From NCBI GenBank assembly GCA_041750655.1, contig JBGSYZ010000015.1, positions 7,119 to 71,118 of the forward strand: a stretch of 64,000 bases of DNA. The letters are read 5' to 3'. The notes under the pieces were generated by a model. The model saw nothing but the letters and a program-made list of their open reading frames with translations, was not told the origin of the DNA and did no database searches. Position 1 is the first letter of the stretch. Each line of letters begins with the position of its first letter. This DNA is from Minisyncoccia bacterium. GTDB lineage: Bacteria; Patescibacteriota; Minisyncoccia; Phycocordibacterales; UBA918. Shown piece after piece: positions 18,508 through 27,492 of this stretch. A program made the position numbers and the translations under genes.

Positions 18508-20208
18508 ATGAAAAACCGAACTGAACCCTGGTACTGGATCAACGACAACACTCGAGCATTTATGGCGCGTGGTTATTTGGTTGATGGTCAAACCACTGAA
18601 GAGCGGGTGAAATATATTGCCGAGTATGCTGAAAAGGTGCTCAAGAAAGAAGGGTTTGCCAAAAAGTTTGAGGAGTACATGGCTAAGGGTTGGATTTCGC
18701 TCGCTACGCCAGTATGGACCAACTTTGGTCTCAAACGCGGTCTACCCATTAGTTGTTTTGGTTCATACCTTGCTGACGATATGGCCAGTATTTTACATAC
18801 GCAAGCAGAGGTGGGGATGATGAGTAAGTATGGTGGTGGCTGTAGTGCTTATTTTGGGGCGTTACGTGAACGCGGATCAGACATTACTCACAACGGTACC
18901 TCAAGCGGTCCAGTGCACTTCATGCAGTTGTTTGAAAAAATTCTTGACGTGGTTTCTCAAGGCGCTACCCGCCGCGGCACTTTTGCTGCGTACTTACCGA
19001 TTGAGCACCCAGATGCTCTTGAGTTTCTCGATATTGGTACTGAAGGTAATCCAATTCAAAAAATTAATCACGCTATTACGGTTACCAATGAATGGTTGCA
19101 GGCGATGGTTGATGGTGATGAGGAGAAGCGGGCAATTTGGGCTAAGGTACTACAACGCCGGGGTGAGATTGGGTATCCGTACATCATGTTTATCGATAAT
19201 GCCAATGATCAGCGACCCCAGGTATATAAAGACAAAAAATTGCCGATTTTCGCCAGTAATGTGTGTAGTGAAATCATGCTTCCAAGCAAGCCTGATTGGT
19301 CGTTTGTATGTTGTCTCTCATCAATTAACTTGATGCACTACGATGAGTGGAAGGATACTGATTTGGTAGAAACCATGATTTATCTGCTTGATGCTGTTAT
19401 GACTGACTTCCTCGAGAAGCTGGAAGCGATGCGTGACTCAGATGATCCGGATAAGCAGTTGGCTTTCAGATTTATGGAGCGTCCGTATAATTTTGCGAAA
19501 GCTAACCGTGCGCTTGGTCTCGGCACTCTCGGTTATCATTCGCTCTTTCAATCAAAAAATATACCGTTTGAAAGTGAGGAAGCGGCTAGACTTAACGAAG
19601 AGATTTTTAAACTAATTCGTGAACGAGCTGATACAGCCTCAGAAGAAATGGCTACAGAGTATGGCGAACCAGAAATTCTTACCGGCTACGGTCGTCGTCA
19701 CACCACTACTATGGCTGTGGCTCCGAATACCTCTTCGGCGTTTATCCTCGGTCAGGTATCACAAGGTATCGAACCAGTCTGGAGCAACTGTTATGTAAAA
19801 GATGTAGCCAAGTTGAAGGTGACTATTAAAAATCCATTTTTGGAAATGTTGCTCGAGGAAAAAGGTAAAAATGATAAAGCCACCTGGAATAGTATTCGCG
19901 ACAATGATGGTTCAGTTCAGCACCTGAGCTTCCTCACTGATGAAGAAAAATCTGTGTATAGAACGTTCGCCGAAATTGACCAATCAGTTATTATTGAACA
20001 AGCGGCTGTACGACAGAAATACATTGACCAAGGTCAATCACTGAACGTAATGGTACCACCAACGACGTCGCCGAAAGACATCAACAAACTGTACATGCAA
20101 GCCTGGCAAAACGGCATAAAAGCCCTCTACTACCAGCACAGCATGAACGCCGCCCAAGCCATGACCAGAAAGAAACTAGCCGAAGCAGTGGCTCGTAAAG
20201 CGGAGTAG
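18508..20208 (+). CDS. nrdA: Class I ribonucleotide reductase alpha subunit, no ATP cone, no C-terminal Cys pair
   Basis: PISCFG, SQGATRRG, SNVCSE, FVCCLSS, APNTSS, DQGQS, LYY. Confidence 0.93.
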   Translation: MKNRTEPWYWINDNTRAFMARGYLVDGQTTEERVKYIAEYAEKVLKKEGFAKKFEEYMAKGWISLATPVWTNFGLKRGLPISCFGSYLADDMASILHTQAEVGMMSKYGGGCSAYFGALRERGSDITHNGTSSGPVHFMQLFEKILDVVSQGATRRGTFAAYLPIEHPDALEFLDIGTEGNPIQKINHAITVTNEWLQAMVDGDEEKRAIWAKVLQRRGEIGYPYIMFIDNANDQRPQVYKDKKLPIFASNVCSEIMLPSKPDWSFVCCLSSINLMHYDEWKDTDLVETMIYLLDAVMTDFLEKLEAMRDSDDPDKQLAFRFMERPYNFAKANRALGLGTLGYHSLFQSKNIPFESEEAARLNEEIFKLIRERADTASEEMATEYGEPEILTGYGRRHTTTMAVAPNTSSAFILGQVSQGIEPVWSNCYVKDVAKLKVTIKNPFLEMLLEEKGKNDKATWNSIRDNDGSVQHLSFLTDEEKSVYRTFAEIDQSVIIEQAAVRQKYIDQGQSLNVMVPPTTSPKDINKLYMQAWQNGIKALYYQHSMNAAQAMTRKKLAEAVARKAE

Positions 20209-20219
20209 TATAGGTAAAG

Positions 20220-20282
20220 AAAACCCCTGGCGTGGTTGCATCTCGCGATGATGCAACCCGGCCAGGGGTTTTCTTTTTTTTA
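20220..20282 (+). terminator. nrd operon terminator hairpin
   Basis: aaaacccctggc..gccaggggtttt followed by long T-run. Confidence 0.7.
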
Positions 20283-20321
20283 TTAAAAAGCCGCGGGCTG
20301 TAGGCCCGCGGCGGCTTCGTA

Positions 20322-20681
20322 CTAGATGAAAAACGGCGCGTAAAGTTCCTTCGGGATAAAAAACTTGTAGGCACCACTCAAAACTCCGTAATTTGTAATG
20401 TTGGTGTTTATTTCGGAGATGTCATCTAACCCAATGTCACGCTCATTGAGCTTGTGCACCAAATCAAAAAACGAGTCGGCCAGCACCTTTTCCTGCATAG
20501 AAGAACCCTTCTTCCTTTTAAGAACGGCGACAAACTTACAATCCCTCTTACCAGATAGCACTTGTTCGTACATCTTTATGAGTGTGCGGAGCTGCCAAGC
20601 GTTAGAAGGGTCGAGCTTCGGCACCTTTTCCTTAAGCACTTGGAGCTGAAGTCGAATGTAATCTATTAGCCAAGGTTCCAT
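20322..20681 (-). CDS. Hypothetical protein (SD-led)
   Basis: GGAG SD 7 nt before ATG; GC hairpin 20288-20318 after stop. Confidence 0.55.
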   Translation of the reverse strand: MEPWLIDYIRLQLQVLKEKVPKLDPSNAWQLRTLIKMYEQVLSGKRDCKFVAVLKRKKGSSMQEKVLADSFFDLVHKLNERDIGLDDISEINTNITNYGVLSGAYKFFIPKELYAPFFI

Positions 20682-20811
20682 CTTCTTCTCCAGTAATTGC
20701 CTTACCTGAAGCCCAGACTATGGCGTAAGTCACAATGTGTCAATAAAAGCATGGTCGCGAGCCGAAGGCTCGCGACCATGCTTTTTTCTGGGATTTTGTT
20801 ATGCTTGATAG

Positions 20812-21729
20812 ATGAGCAAATCACTCATAAATCTATTTATCATCACGCTTTTGTTTGGCGGAAGTTATTTTTGGTATGAAGCCAGAGCCGTGTGTCCGAT
20901 ACCACTTAACTATAGGCTCGGAGTAGTGGACGAGCACTTTGGTTTGAGTGAAGAAGAGGCTCGAGCGGTAATTAGCGAAGCGGAATCTTTGTGGGAAGAT
21001 GCTACTGGCTTAAACCTCTTTACCCAGGCCGATGATGCTCGTTTAGCTATTAATTTTGTTTTTGATGAACGGCAACAATTTACCAACGCTGAGGAAGCTC
21101 TAAGTCACGAACTAGAAGTAGCTAGAGAGGTAAATGAAGAAATAGAAACGCAGTACGCACAACTGGTTGGTGAATATAGTGATTTAAATCAAAATTATGA
21201 AACCAGAAAAGCAAATTATGAACGTTCGCTCAGTAGCTACAATCAAGAAGTTGAGAGTTGGAATCAGAAAGGGGGTGCACCACAAGATGTGTACGATGAG
21301 CTAAACCAGAAGAAACAGTCGCTTGATAGTGAGCAAGAAAAATTAAATGATCTCAGAAGTGATTTGCAAGACTTGGTAAACCAGATTAACAAACTAACTG
21401 AAACCGCCAATGAAGTAGTTACCAAATACAATCAAGGAGTGGCTACCTATAACGATGCGTTTTCAGAAACTACCGAATTTACCCAAGGTGACTATCAGGG
21501 TGATAAGATAAATATTTATCAATTTAAAAGTCATGATGAGTTGGTGCTGGTGTTGGCCCACGAACTTGGTCACGCGTTAGGTATGGATCATGTTGATAAT
21601 CCTCAGTCAATTATGTATATGCAAATGGGAGAACAGTCTCTTGGTACCGGTTTGACGACTGAAGATTTGACTGATTTTCGAATGGTTTGTGGTGACGGAA
21701 CGACCCTCTCCAAGATTAAATTCTGGTGA
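20812..21729 (+). CDS. Matrixin/M10-like zinc metalloprotease with coiled-coil insert
   Basis: HELGHALGMDH plus SIMY Met-turn; N-terminal TM. Confidence 0.85.
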   Translation: MSKSLINLFIITLLFGGSYFWYEARAVCPIPLNYRLGVVDEHFGLSEEEARAVISEAESLWEDATGLNLFTQADDARLAINFVFDERQQFTNAEEALSHELEVAREVNEEIETQYAQLVGEYSDLNQNYETRKANYERSLSSYNQEVESWNQKGGAPQDVYDELNQKKQSLDSEQEKLNDLRSDLQDLVNQINKLTETANEVVTKYNQGVATYNDAFSETTEFTQGDYQGDKINIYQFKSHDELVLVLAHELGHALGMDHVDNPQSIMYMQMGEQSLGTGLTTEDLTDFRMVCGDGTTLSKIKFW

Positions 21730-21756
21730 TATAATTAATACATTAATAAAAAATAT

Positions 21757-22554
21757 ATGGAAAATACAACCCTTTTAAATTCAAAAAATATTCGATTATT
21801 GGTAATGCTACTACTAGCGAGTGCCACTATTGCGCTTTTGGTATACGCTAATGCCACCTACCGAATGTCAAGAAACCAATTTGGTCCTATTACAATCAAT
21901 GTACAAGGTGAAGGTGAGGTTTTAGCTAAACCAGACATTGGCAGTTTTTCTTTTAGTGTTCGGGCTGAAGGAAAAGATGCAGCTGAGGCCCAAGAGAAGT
22001 CAGCTGAGACCAACAATGCCATCATTGCGTATTTACAGGAGCAAGGGGTGGAAGATAAAGACATAAAGACTCAGTACTACAATCTTAATCCAAAATATCG
22101 CTACGAAGAACGTGTTTGCCCATTTGGTAGTTACTGTCCACCAAGTGAACCGATCATTGATGGTTACGAAGTTAGTCAGAATGTTACGGTAAAAGTTCGT
22201 GATTTGGACAAATCTGGTGATTTGATAACTGGTGTGGGCGAGAAGGGAGCTTCTGATATTTCTGGGTTGTCATTCACTATTGATGACACTGACGCTTTAG
22301 AAGCCCAAGCCCGAGAAATGGCTATTGCTGATGCTAAGGAAAAAGCTAAAAAGTTGGCTAAGGACTTGGATTCTAGATTAGTTAAAATGATTAGTTTTTA
22401 CGAAGAACAAGGTGGGTATCCTATGCCGTACGGTTATGGTGGAGCAATGATGGATAAGGCGGTAGCTATGGAATCAGCACCAGTTTCTCCTGAATTACCA
22501 ACCGGCGAAAACACTATTCGCAAAGTGGTAAATGTTACCTACGAGATTCGGTAA
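21757..22554 (+). CDS. SIMPL/DUF541 (YggE/BP26-like) protein
   Basis: ITINVQGEGEV..KPD; REMAIADAKEKAKKLA; VNVTYEI. Confidence 0.88.
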   Translation: MENTTLLNSKNIRLLVMLLLASATIALLVYANATYRMSRNQFGPITINVQGEGEVLAKPDIGSFSFSVRAEGKDAAEAQEKSAETNNAIIAYLQEQGVEDKDIKTQYYNLNPKYRYEERVCPFGSYCPPSEPIIDGYEVSQNVTVKVRDLDKSGDLITGVGEKGASDISGLSFTIDDTDALEAQAREMAIADAKEKAKKLAKDLDSRLVKMISFYEEQGGYPMPYGYGGAMMDKAVAMESAPVSPELPTGENTIRKVVNVTYEIR

Positions 22555-22649
22555 ATAAACTGACAAAAAGTAAAGAGGGGCACCTCTGGTGCCCCTCTTT
22601 ACTTTTAAATTATTCTTGGTATAAAACATTCAGAGATATGGAGGAGACT

Positions 22650-22886
22650 ATGGGAAATCGACCAACCCTCACGTTGAATAACTTCGCCGATTTAGCAACG
22701 GTGAAAGGGCAAATGACACCAACTCCTGTTGTAAAAGCCAGTGCTGGCCTATTGATGCAACGAGGAACAAGGCAAGGGATGAAGACAGATTTTCTGGGAG
22801 AGTATCGCTGGCATAAACTTTCCGATAGTTTGGGAGAATCGCTTATGCCAATAGATACTATTGGCTCATATCCGGTGTATGGATGA
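22650..22886 (+). CDS. Hypothetical protein (SD-led)
   Basis: GGAGG SD before ATG 22650; ggccggctgc/gcagccggcc hairpin after stop. Confidence 0.5.
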   Translation: MGNRPTLTLNNFADLATVKGQMTPTPVVKASAGLLMQRGTRQGMKTDFLGEYRWHKLSDSLGESLMPIDTIGSYPVYG

Positions 22887-23012
22887 ACCTCGGCCGGCTG
22901 CATGCGCAGCCGGCCTTTGACATTTAACAAATGAAGAGTATTATACAAGAACATAAACAACCGCCCAGAAGGGCGTTTTTTTAGAGGAAAAAGTACAATT
23001 AACTACATCAAT

Positions 23013-23201
23013 ATGAACCGACTTATAAACTACATCAAAGATACTCAAGCCGAGATGGCTCACGTATCATGGCCAACTCGCAAGCAGGCGGTTATTTATA
23101 CTGCTCTCGTGGTGGCTATTGCCGGGGTGACATCATTGTTTACTTCTGGTTTCGATTTTTTATTCTCAGAACTACTCAATCTATTTATTTCTAACTACTA
23201 A
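23013..23201 (+). CDS. secE: Preprotein translocase subunit SecE
   Basis: EMAHVSWPTR followed by TM; precedes nusG. Confidence 0.92.
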   Translation: MNRLINYIKDTQAEMAHVSWPTRKQAVIYTALVVAIAGVTSLFTSGFDFLFSELLNLFISNY

Positions 23202-23205
23202 TCCT

Positions 23206-23751
23206 ATGGCTAAACAAGAAAGTAGCGGCGAACGACACTGGTACGCCATTCATACCTATGCTGGGTATGAGAACGCTGTGATGCGTAACCTCAAACAGCG
23301 AATTGATTCGATGGAAATGGCCGGGAAGATTTTTGATGTAGTGGTCCCGACTGAAAAGAAAATTCGCGTCAAAGGTGGCAAGCGAGTGACTGAAGAAGAA
23401 CGAGTCTATCCGGGGTATGTACTCGTGGATATGATTGTAGATGAAGAGTCGTGGTTTATTGTACGAAACACTCCGCGAGTAACTGGTTTCGTTGGTTCAG
23501 GTACTCAGCCGGTACCATTGACTGATGACGAGCTCAAAAGTCTCTTTAAGCGTATGGAAGATGATTCACCAAAGCACAAAGTCGATTTATCGATTGACGA
23601 CTTGATTATTATCAACGACGGTCCGTTTAAAGACCTGGAAGGTAAAGTCGGGGAGATTGATGAAGAGCGTGGAAAGGTGAAGGTTCTGGTGAGTATGTTT
23701 GGGCGGGAGACCCCGGTAGAACTGGACTTCCTCCAGGTTAAAAAGGCTTAA
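23206..23751 (+). CDS. nusG: Transcription termination/antitermination factor NusG
   Basis: WYAIHTYAGYE, YPGYV, NTPRVTGF, FGRETPVEL. Confidence 0.97.
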   Translation: MAKQESSGERHWYAIHTYAGYENAVMRNLKQRIDSMEMAGKIFDVVVPTEKKIRVKGGKRVTEEERVYPGYVLVDMIVDEESWFIVRNTPRVTGFVGSGTQPVPLTDDELKSLFKRMEDDSPKHKVDLSIDDLIIINDGPFKDLEGKVGEIDEERGKVKVLVSMFGRETPVELDFLQVKKA

Positions 23752-23985
23752 ATTGGCGAATAGCTTTGTCGTTACGGTAAAAGGCCGGCTCCCTGGACAG
23801 TTGTCCCGGTCGCCGGCCTTTTACCTAGACTCAGCGCTCTTCATCCAATTTAAGCCTTTCTAGAAAAGATAGATAAAACAAAACCTCCAGTTAACTAGAG
23901 GTTTTGTTTTGTGATCGCTATTATTCATTGGTGAATTTGACAAAACAATTATTAATCTATTAGATAAGTGTCAGGAGGATTAGAA

Positions 23986-24210
23986 ATGAGTTTGAAAGAT
24001 GCTCAAGTAAAAACGAGAATGTTGGCTGGTCAATCGTTAAAAGATTGGCGTAGCAAAGCAAATCTTACCCAAATTCAGCTTGCGGGAAAAATGAGTACGA
24101 CACAAAAACAGATTTCTCGCGCTGAATCAGGCAGGGCAAACCTCACGATTGATTTCATTTCAGGGTGGGCCTATAATTGCGGTCATAAGTTTGAGTTCCC
24201 AAAATTTTGA
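23986..24210 (+). CDS. XRE-family HTH protein (SD-led), inserted between nusG and rplK
   Basis: LKDWRSKANLTQIQLA..TQKQISRAESG; AGGAGG SD. Confidence 0.75.
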   Translation: MSLKDAQVKTRMLAGQSLKDWRSKANLTQIQLAGKMSTTQKQISRAESGRANLTIDFISGWAYNCGHKFEFPKF

Positions 24211-24247
24211 GTAGATTACTAAACCGGCTGCGAAGCCGGTTCTTCTC

Positions 24248-24490
24248 TTGCCAAAAGGCAAGATTTTAGGTACTATCTGCCCACTGAAACGAGTGAGGCG
24301 CGATGTCTTACAGACACTGTACACCTTTTGGATACTCTGTATCTCAAAAGGTTTTGCGGAAGTCTCCCAGACTTCCTCACTCGTTCACTAGACTGTTACG
24401 CTCGCTGGGTTCGGTCGCTTCAACCAAATCGACCCAGCAAATTAGCTACTAAAAGCTAATCGCTAATAACTAACGACTAAAAAAAACAAC
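24248..24490 (+). promoter_or_regulatory. rplK promoter and ~200-nt structured leader
   Basis: TTGCCA-17-TACTAT; 11-bp stem 24288-24298/24375-24385 enclosing sub-hairpins. Confidence 0.55.
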
Positions 24491-24913
24491 ATGGCTAAAA
24501 AATTAGTAAAAAAGATTAAGGTACAGGCCAAAGGTGGTCAGGCAACACCCGCTCCACCATTAGGTCCGGTACTCGGACAGGCTGGTATTCAAATTGGTGA
24601 GTTTGTAAACCAATTCAATGAACAAACTCGTGACCGCATGGGTGAAGTCGTACCGACTATCATCAACGTATACGACGATCGAAGTTTTACCTTTGAATGT
24701 AAGACGACCCCCGCTTCACGGATGATTCTTAAAGCGATTGGTAAGCCAAAGGGTTCAAGTAAGAACTTGGTTTCAAAAGCTGGTGAAATCACCAAAGCGC
24801 AAATCCGTGAAATTGCCCTCGCTAAAATGGTAGACCTCAACGCTGCTTCACCAGAAGCGGCTGACAAAATCATCGAAGGTACCTGTAAATCAATGGGGGT
24901 GAAGGTTATTTAG
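24491..24913 (+). CDS. rplK: 50S ribosomal protein uL11
   Basis: ATPAPPLGPVLGQ, YDDRSF, GTCKSMG. Confidence 0.97.
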   Translation: MAKKLVKKIKVQAKGGQATPAPPLGPVLGQAGIQIGEFVNQFNEQTRDRMGEVVPTIINVYDDRSFTFECKTTPASRMILKAIGKPKGSSKNLVSKAGEITKAQIREIALAKMVDLNAASPEAADKIIEGTCKSMGVKVI

Positions 24914-25190
24914 ACGACCTTAACAGACCTTGTAAAGGATTAAAGTGGTCTAAACCATATAAAAATAGCCAGATTCGTCAGAATCTGGCTATTTTTATAT
25001 GGTTTTGTATAAACAAACAAGCAAACACACCAGTGCGTGTTTGCTTATACAGGTTTCGCTCGTTCGAAAATAAAAATGCTGATGCGCTTTTATTTTGCTC
25101 GCATCGCTCGCCTGTAAGTATTTACTACTTGCTCCGTCTAAAAGGGTAGATTGTATAACGTAGCCCCAATCCCAGAGTGAGGAACCCCCG

Positions 25191-25664
25191 ATGCCTATAA
25201 AATATCTGCGTCTCATCGCCAACAAAGTTGCACCACGGAGTGACTTTCTGACACTTCTGGTGTGTGTGGAGAAAAAATGGTTTTTGGTTTCGAAGCAACT
25301 CTTTGTGGAGCAGACACGGCTTCAACGATCCTTTCGACATGATCGACTGGAACACGGTGAAAATTCTGTGACTGCCGCTCGAAGAGTTATTTCGATGTTT
25401 TTTGGGGGGTGTGGCCCTGGTCATATCGTTCCAGGTCAATGCAAAGATTTCAGAGGCGCCGCCCCCAAACGGCTGCATTGGCCCGCAGCGATTGAGTTGT
25501 CGGTAACAATGGCAGCTATGCCACTTGAAATCAAAAAACACCTTCAACCCTTGGACCGAAAACCAAACAATCGCATAGAGCAAACGCTCCAGCTGATGAT
25601 AAAAAAAACCTTTGAGCCTCGGCTCAAAAACCTCAGACAGGTAGCGGCTACCGAGGCTGCGTGA
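25191..25664 (+). CDS. Hypothetical protein (SD-led, ends -EAA)
   Basis: GAGGA SD; hairpin 25683-25712 after stop. Confidence 0.55.
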   Translation: MPIKYLRLIANKVAPRSDFLTLLVCVEKKWFLVSKQLFVEQTRLQRSFRHDRLEHGENSVTAARRVISMFFGGCGPGHIVPGQCKDFRGAAPKRLHWPAAIELSVTMAAMPLEIKKHLQPLDRKPNNRIEQTLQLMIKKTFEPRLKNLRQVAATEAA

Positions 25665-25795
25665 TTACCCGATGCTCATTACTAAAGGGCCGACTTCAAC
25701 GTCGGTCCTTTATTATTTTGTGTTATTTGTAGTGTAAGAAAAGTGTTCATTATCCGTCATGGACGGCGGAAGGGTGCAAAAAAAAAGATAATTCA

Positions 25796-26173
25796 ATGAA
25801 AAAACGCACCATTGTGTTCGTTAGGTCACAAGTAACCGGTCGAGTAGCCCTTGTTAACCCCACATCTGTTTTGATGGGGACAGACAAAGTGCCAGTTGTC
25901 GAAAATTTGAACAAAGATGTTGAGTTCAGACCTGTTGAATTTGACGGCTCTGATCAGATTATCGAAGGTGTCAGAAGAACTTTTTGGGTGGTGGATATTC
26001 CACGAGAAGATTTCCGCCGACTATTGGCCCACAAAAAGTCAGTGGAGTGGGTGGGTTCATTTTCAGTGGATCGACACCAAAAAGAGGGTCCGCTGAAAGA
26101 GCTTCTGACCAAAGCTTTTCTGCATTTGCCCAAGCTAAGTGCAGTCAAACAATCAAAAGAAAACGCTGCTTAG
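25796..26173 (+). CDS. Hypothetical protein (ends -NAA)
   Basis: ORF followed by aagggccggctc/gagccggccctt hairpin; no clear SD. Confidence 0.55.
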   Translation: MKKRTIVFVRSQVTGRVALVNPTSVLMGTDKVPVVENLNKDVEFRPVEFDGSDQIIEGVRRTFWVVDIPREDFRRLLAHKKSVEWVGSFSVDRHQKEGPLKELLTKAFLHLPKLSAVKQSKENAA

Positions 26174-26318
26174 CAGCACACAGCTCTTTCAAAGGGCCGG
26201 CTCGTTAGAGCCGGCCCTTAATTTTTAATATTACACAACGCATTTTTTCAATCGCGTTCTTGTTTTTTAAAATAATTTACGGTTAACTAGGCATAGCTAG
26301 TTCAAAAAGGAGGTCATC

Positions 26319-27440
26319 ATGACCATAAATACTATCGGTGCGCTACCGCGCCAGAGCTTGTTGCAATTTATGAGGTCTGGCTTCATCCTCGATGCAGCCG
26401 AAGAGTGTGCTTCACCAGCTTCACTCGACTTACGTCTGTCAAATGAAATGTATCGAGTACATTCAGTCGCTTTGCCCAACAGCCAAGAACGGGTGGCTGA
26501 TCTGCTTCGCTATATGGAGGCCGAACGACACGACATTAATCATCCGCTTCGTAAAGGTGAGCATTATTTGATACGCCTTCAAGAATCGCTTAAGTTACCT
26601 CGCGAATACTATGGGTTTTGCAACCCGAAATCATCAACTGGTCGCTTGGACGTGCATGTGCGTGTATTGGCTGATTTTATGCCTCGGTATGATTCAGTTT
26701 CGTCCGGTTACTCTGGGCCGCTGTGGCTCTATGTCACTCCTCGGACTTTCGGTATTAAAGTACGGGAAGGCGATACGCTGGCTCAGTTGCGACTTTTTAA
26801 TGGTGACACACGTTTGTCTCGCCACGACATGATCGGAGCCTATGCTGAGCATCAGTTTGCATGGACTTTGCAAGGTAAAAAGTTACCGTATGAAAAATTA
26901 CGTAGCTTTGATCAGGATGGTGGTTTGATGTTGTCACTTTGGTTACCTAAAGATGGTGAGGTATTTGGGTATCGGTGTGTGGCATCACCAGACAACATTC
27001 TTGATTTGTCAGATCGTGATGTGGATCCTAGAAACTACTTCATTCCAGAAGTGGTAAGGGATGGTGCAGCCAGAGCGGTAAAAGGGCGCTTCTACATTCT
27101 CTCTTGTACCGAAGCCATTGTTATCCCACCAGGGTTTGCGGCGGAAATGCGGGCTATGGATGAACGCAGCGGAGAGTTTCGTTCCCATTACGCTGGTTTC
27201 CTTGATCCTGGTTGGGGTTGGGGTGCAGACGGTACCGGAAAGGGGAGGCCGTTTACCCTTGAGTTCCGTTCCTATGCGGAGACTGTCACTATACGTCGGG
27301 GCCAACCAGTGGCCATGATTAAGTTTGAACGGATGCTCGCAGAACCTGATGTGCAGTACGATGACCCCGCTAAGTTGTCGCATTACATCAAACAGTTTCG
27401 TCCACAGTTGGCCAAGCAGTTTGCGCCTTATCCGATATGA
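26319..27440 (+). CDS. dcd: dCTP deaminase, long (DCD) type (SD-led)
   Basis: PASLDLRL, NPKSSTGRLDV, GRFYILS, GEFRSHYAGFLDPGWG; AAGGAGGT SD. Confidence 0.88.
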   Translation: MTINTIGALPRQSLLQFMRSGFILDAAEECASPASLDLRLSNEMYRVHSVALPNSQERVADLLRYMEAERHDINHPLRKGEHYLIRLQESLKLPREYYGFCNPKSSTGRLDVHVRVLADFMPRYDSVSSGYSGPLWLYVTPRTFGIKVREGDTLAQLRLFNGDTRLSRHDMIGAYAEHQFAWTLQGKKLPYEKLRSFDQDGGLMLSLWLPKDGEVFGYRCVASPDNILDLSDRDVDPRNYFIPEVVRDGAARAVKGRFYILSCTEAIVIPPGFAAEMRAMDERSGEFRSHYAGFLDPGWGWGADGTGKGRPFTLEFRSYAETVTIRRGQPVAMIKFERMLAEPDVQYDDPAKLSHYIKQFRPQLAKQFAPYPI

Positions 27441-27492
27441 GTTCAAAAGAAAAAGGCCGGCGCTCCCGTAGGGGGCGCCGGCCAAATTATTT

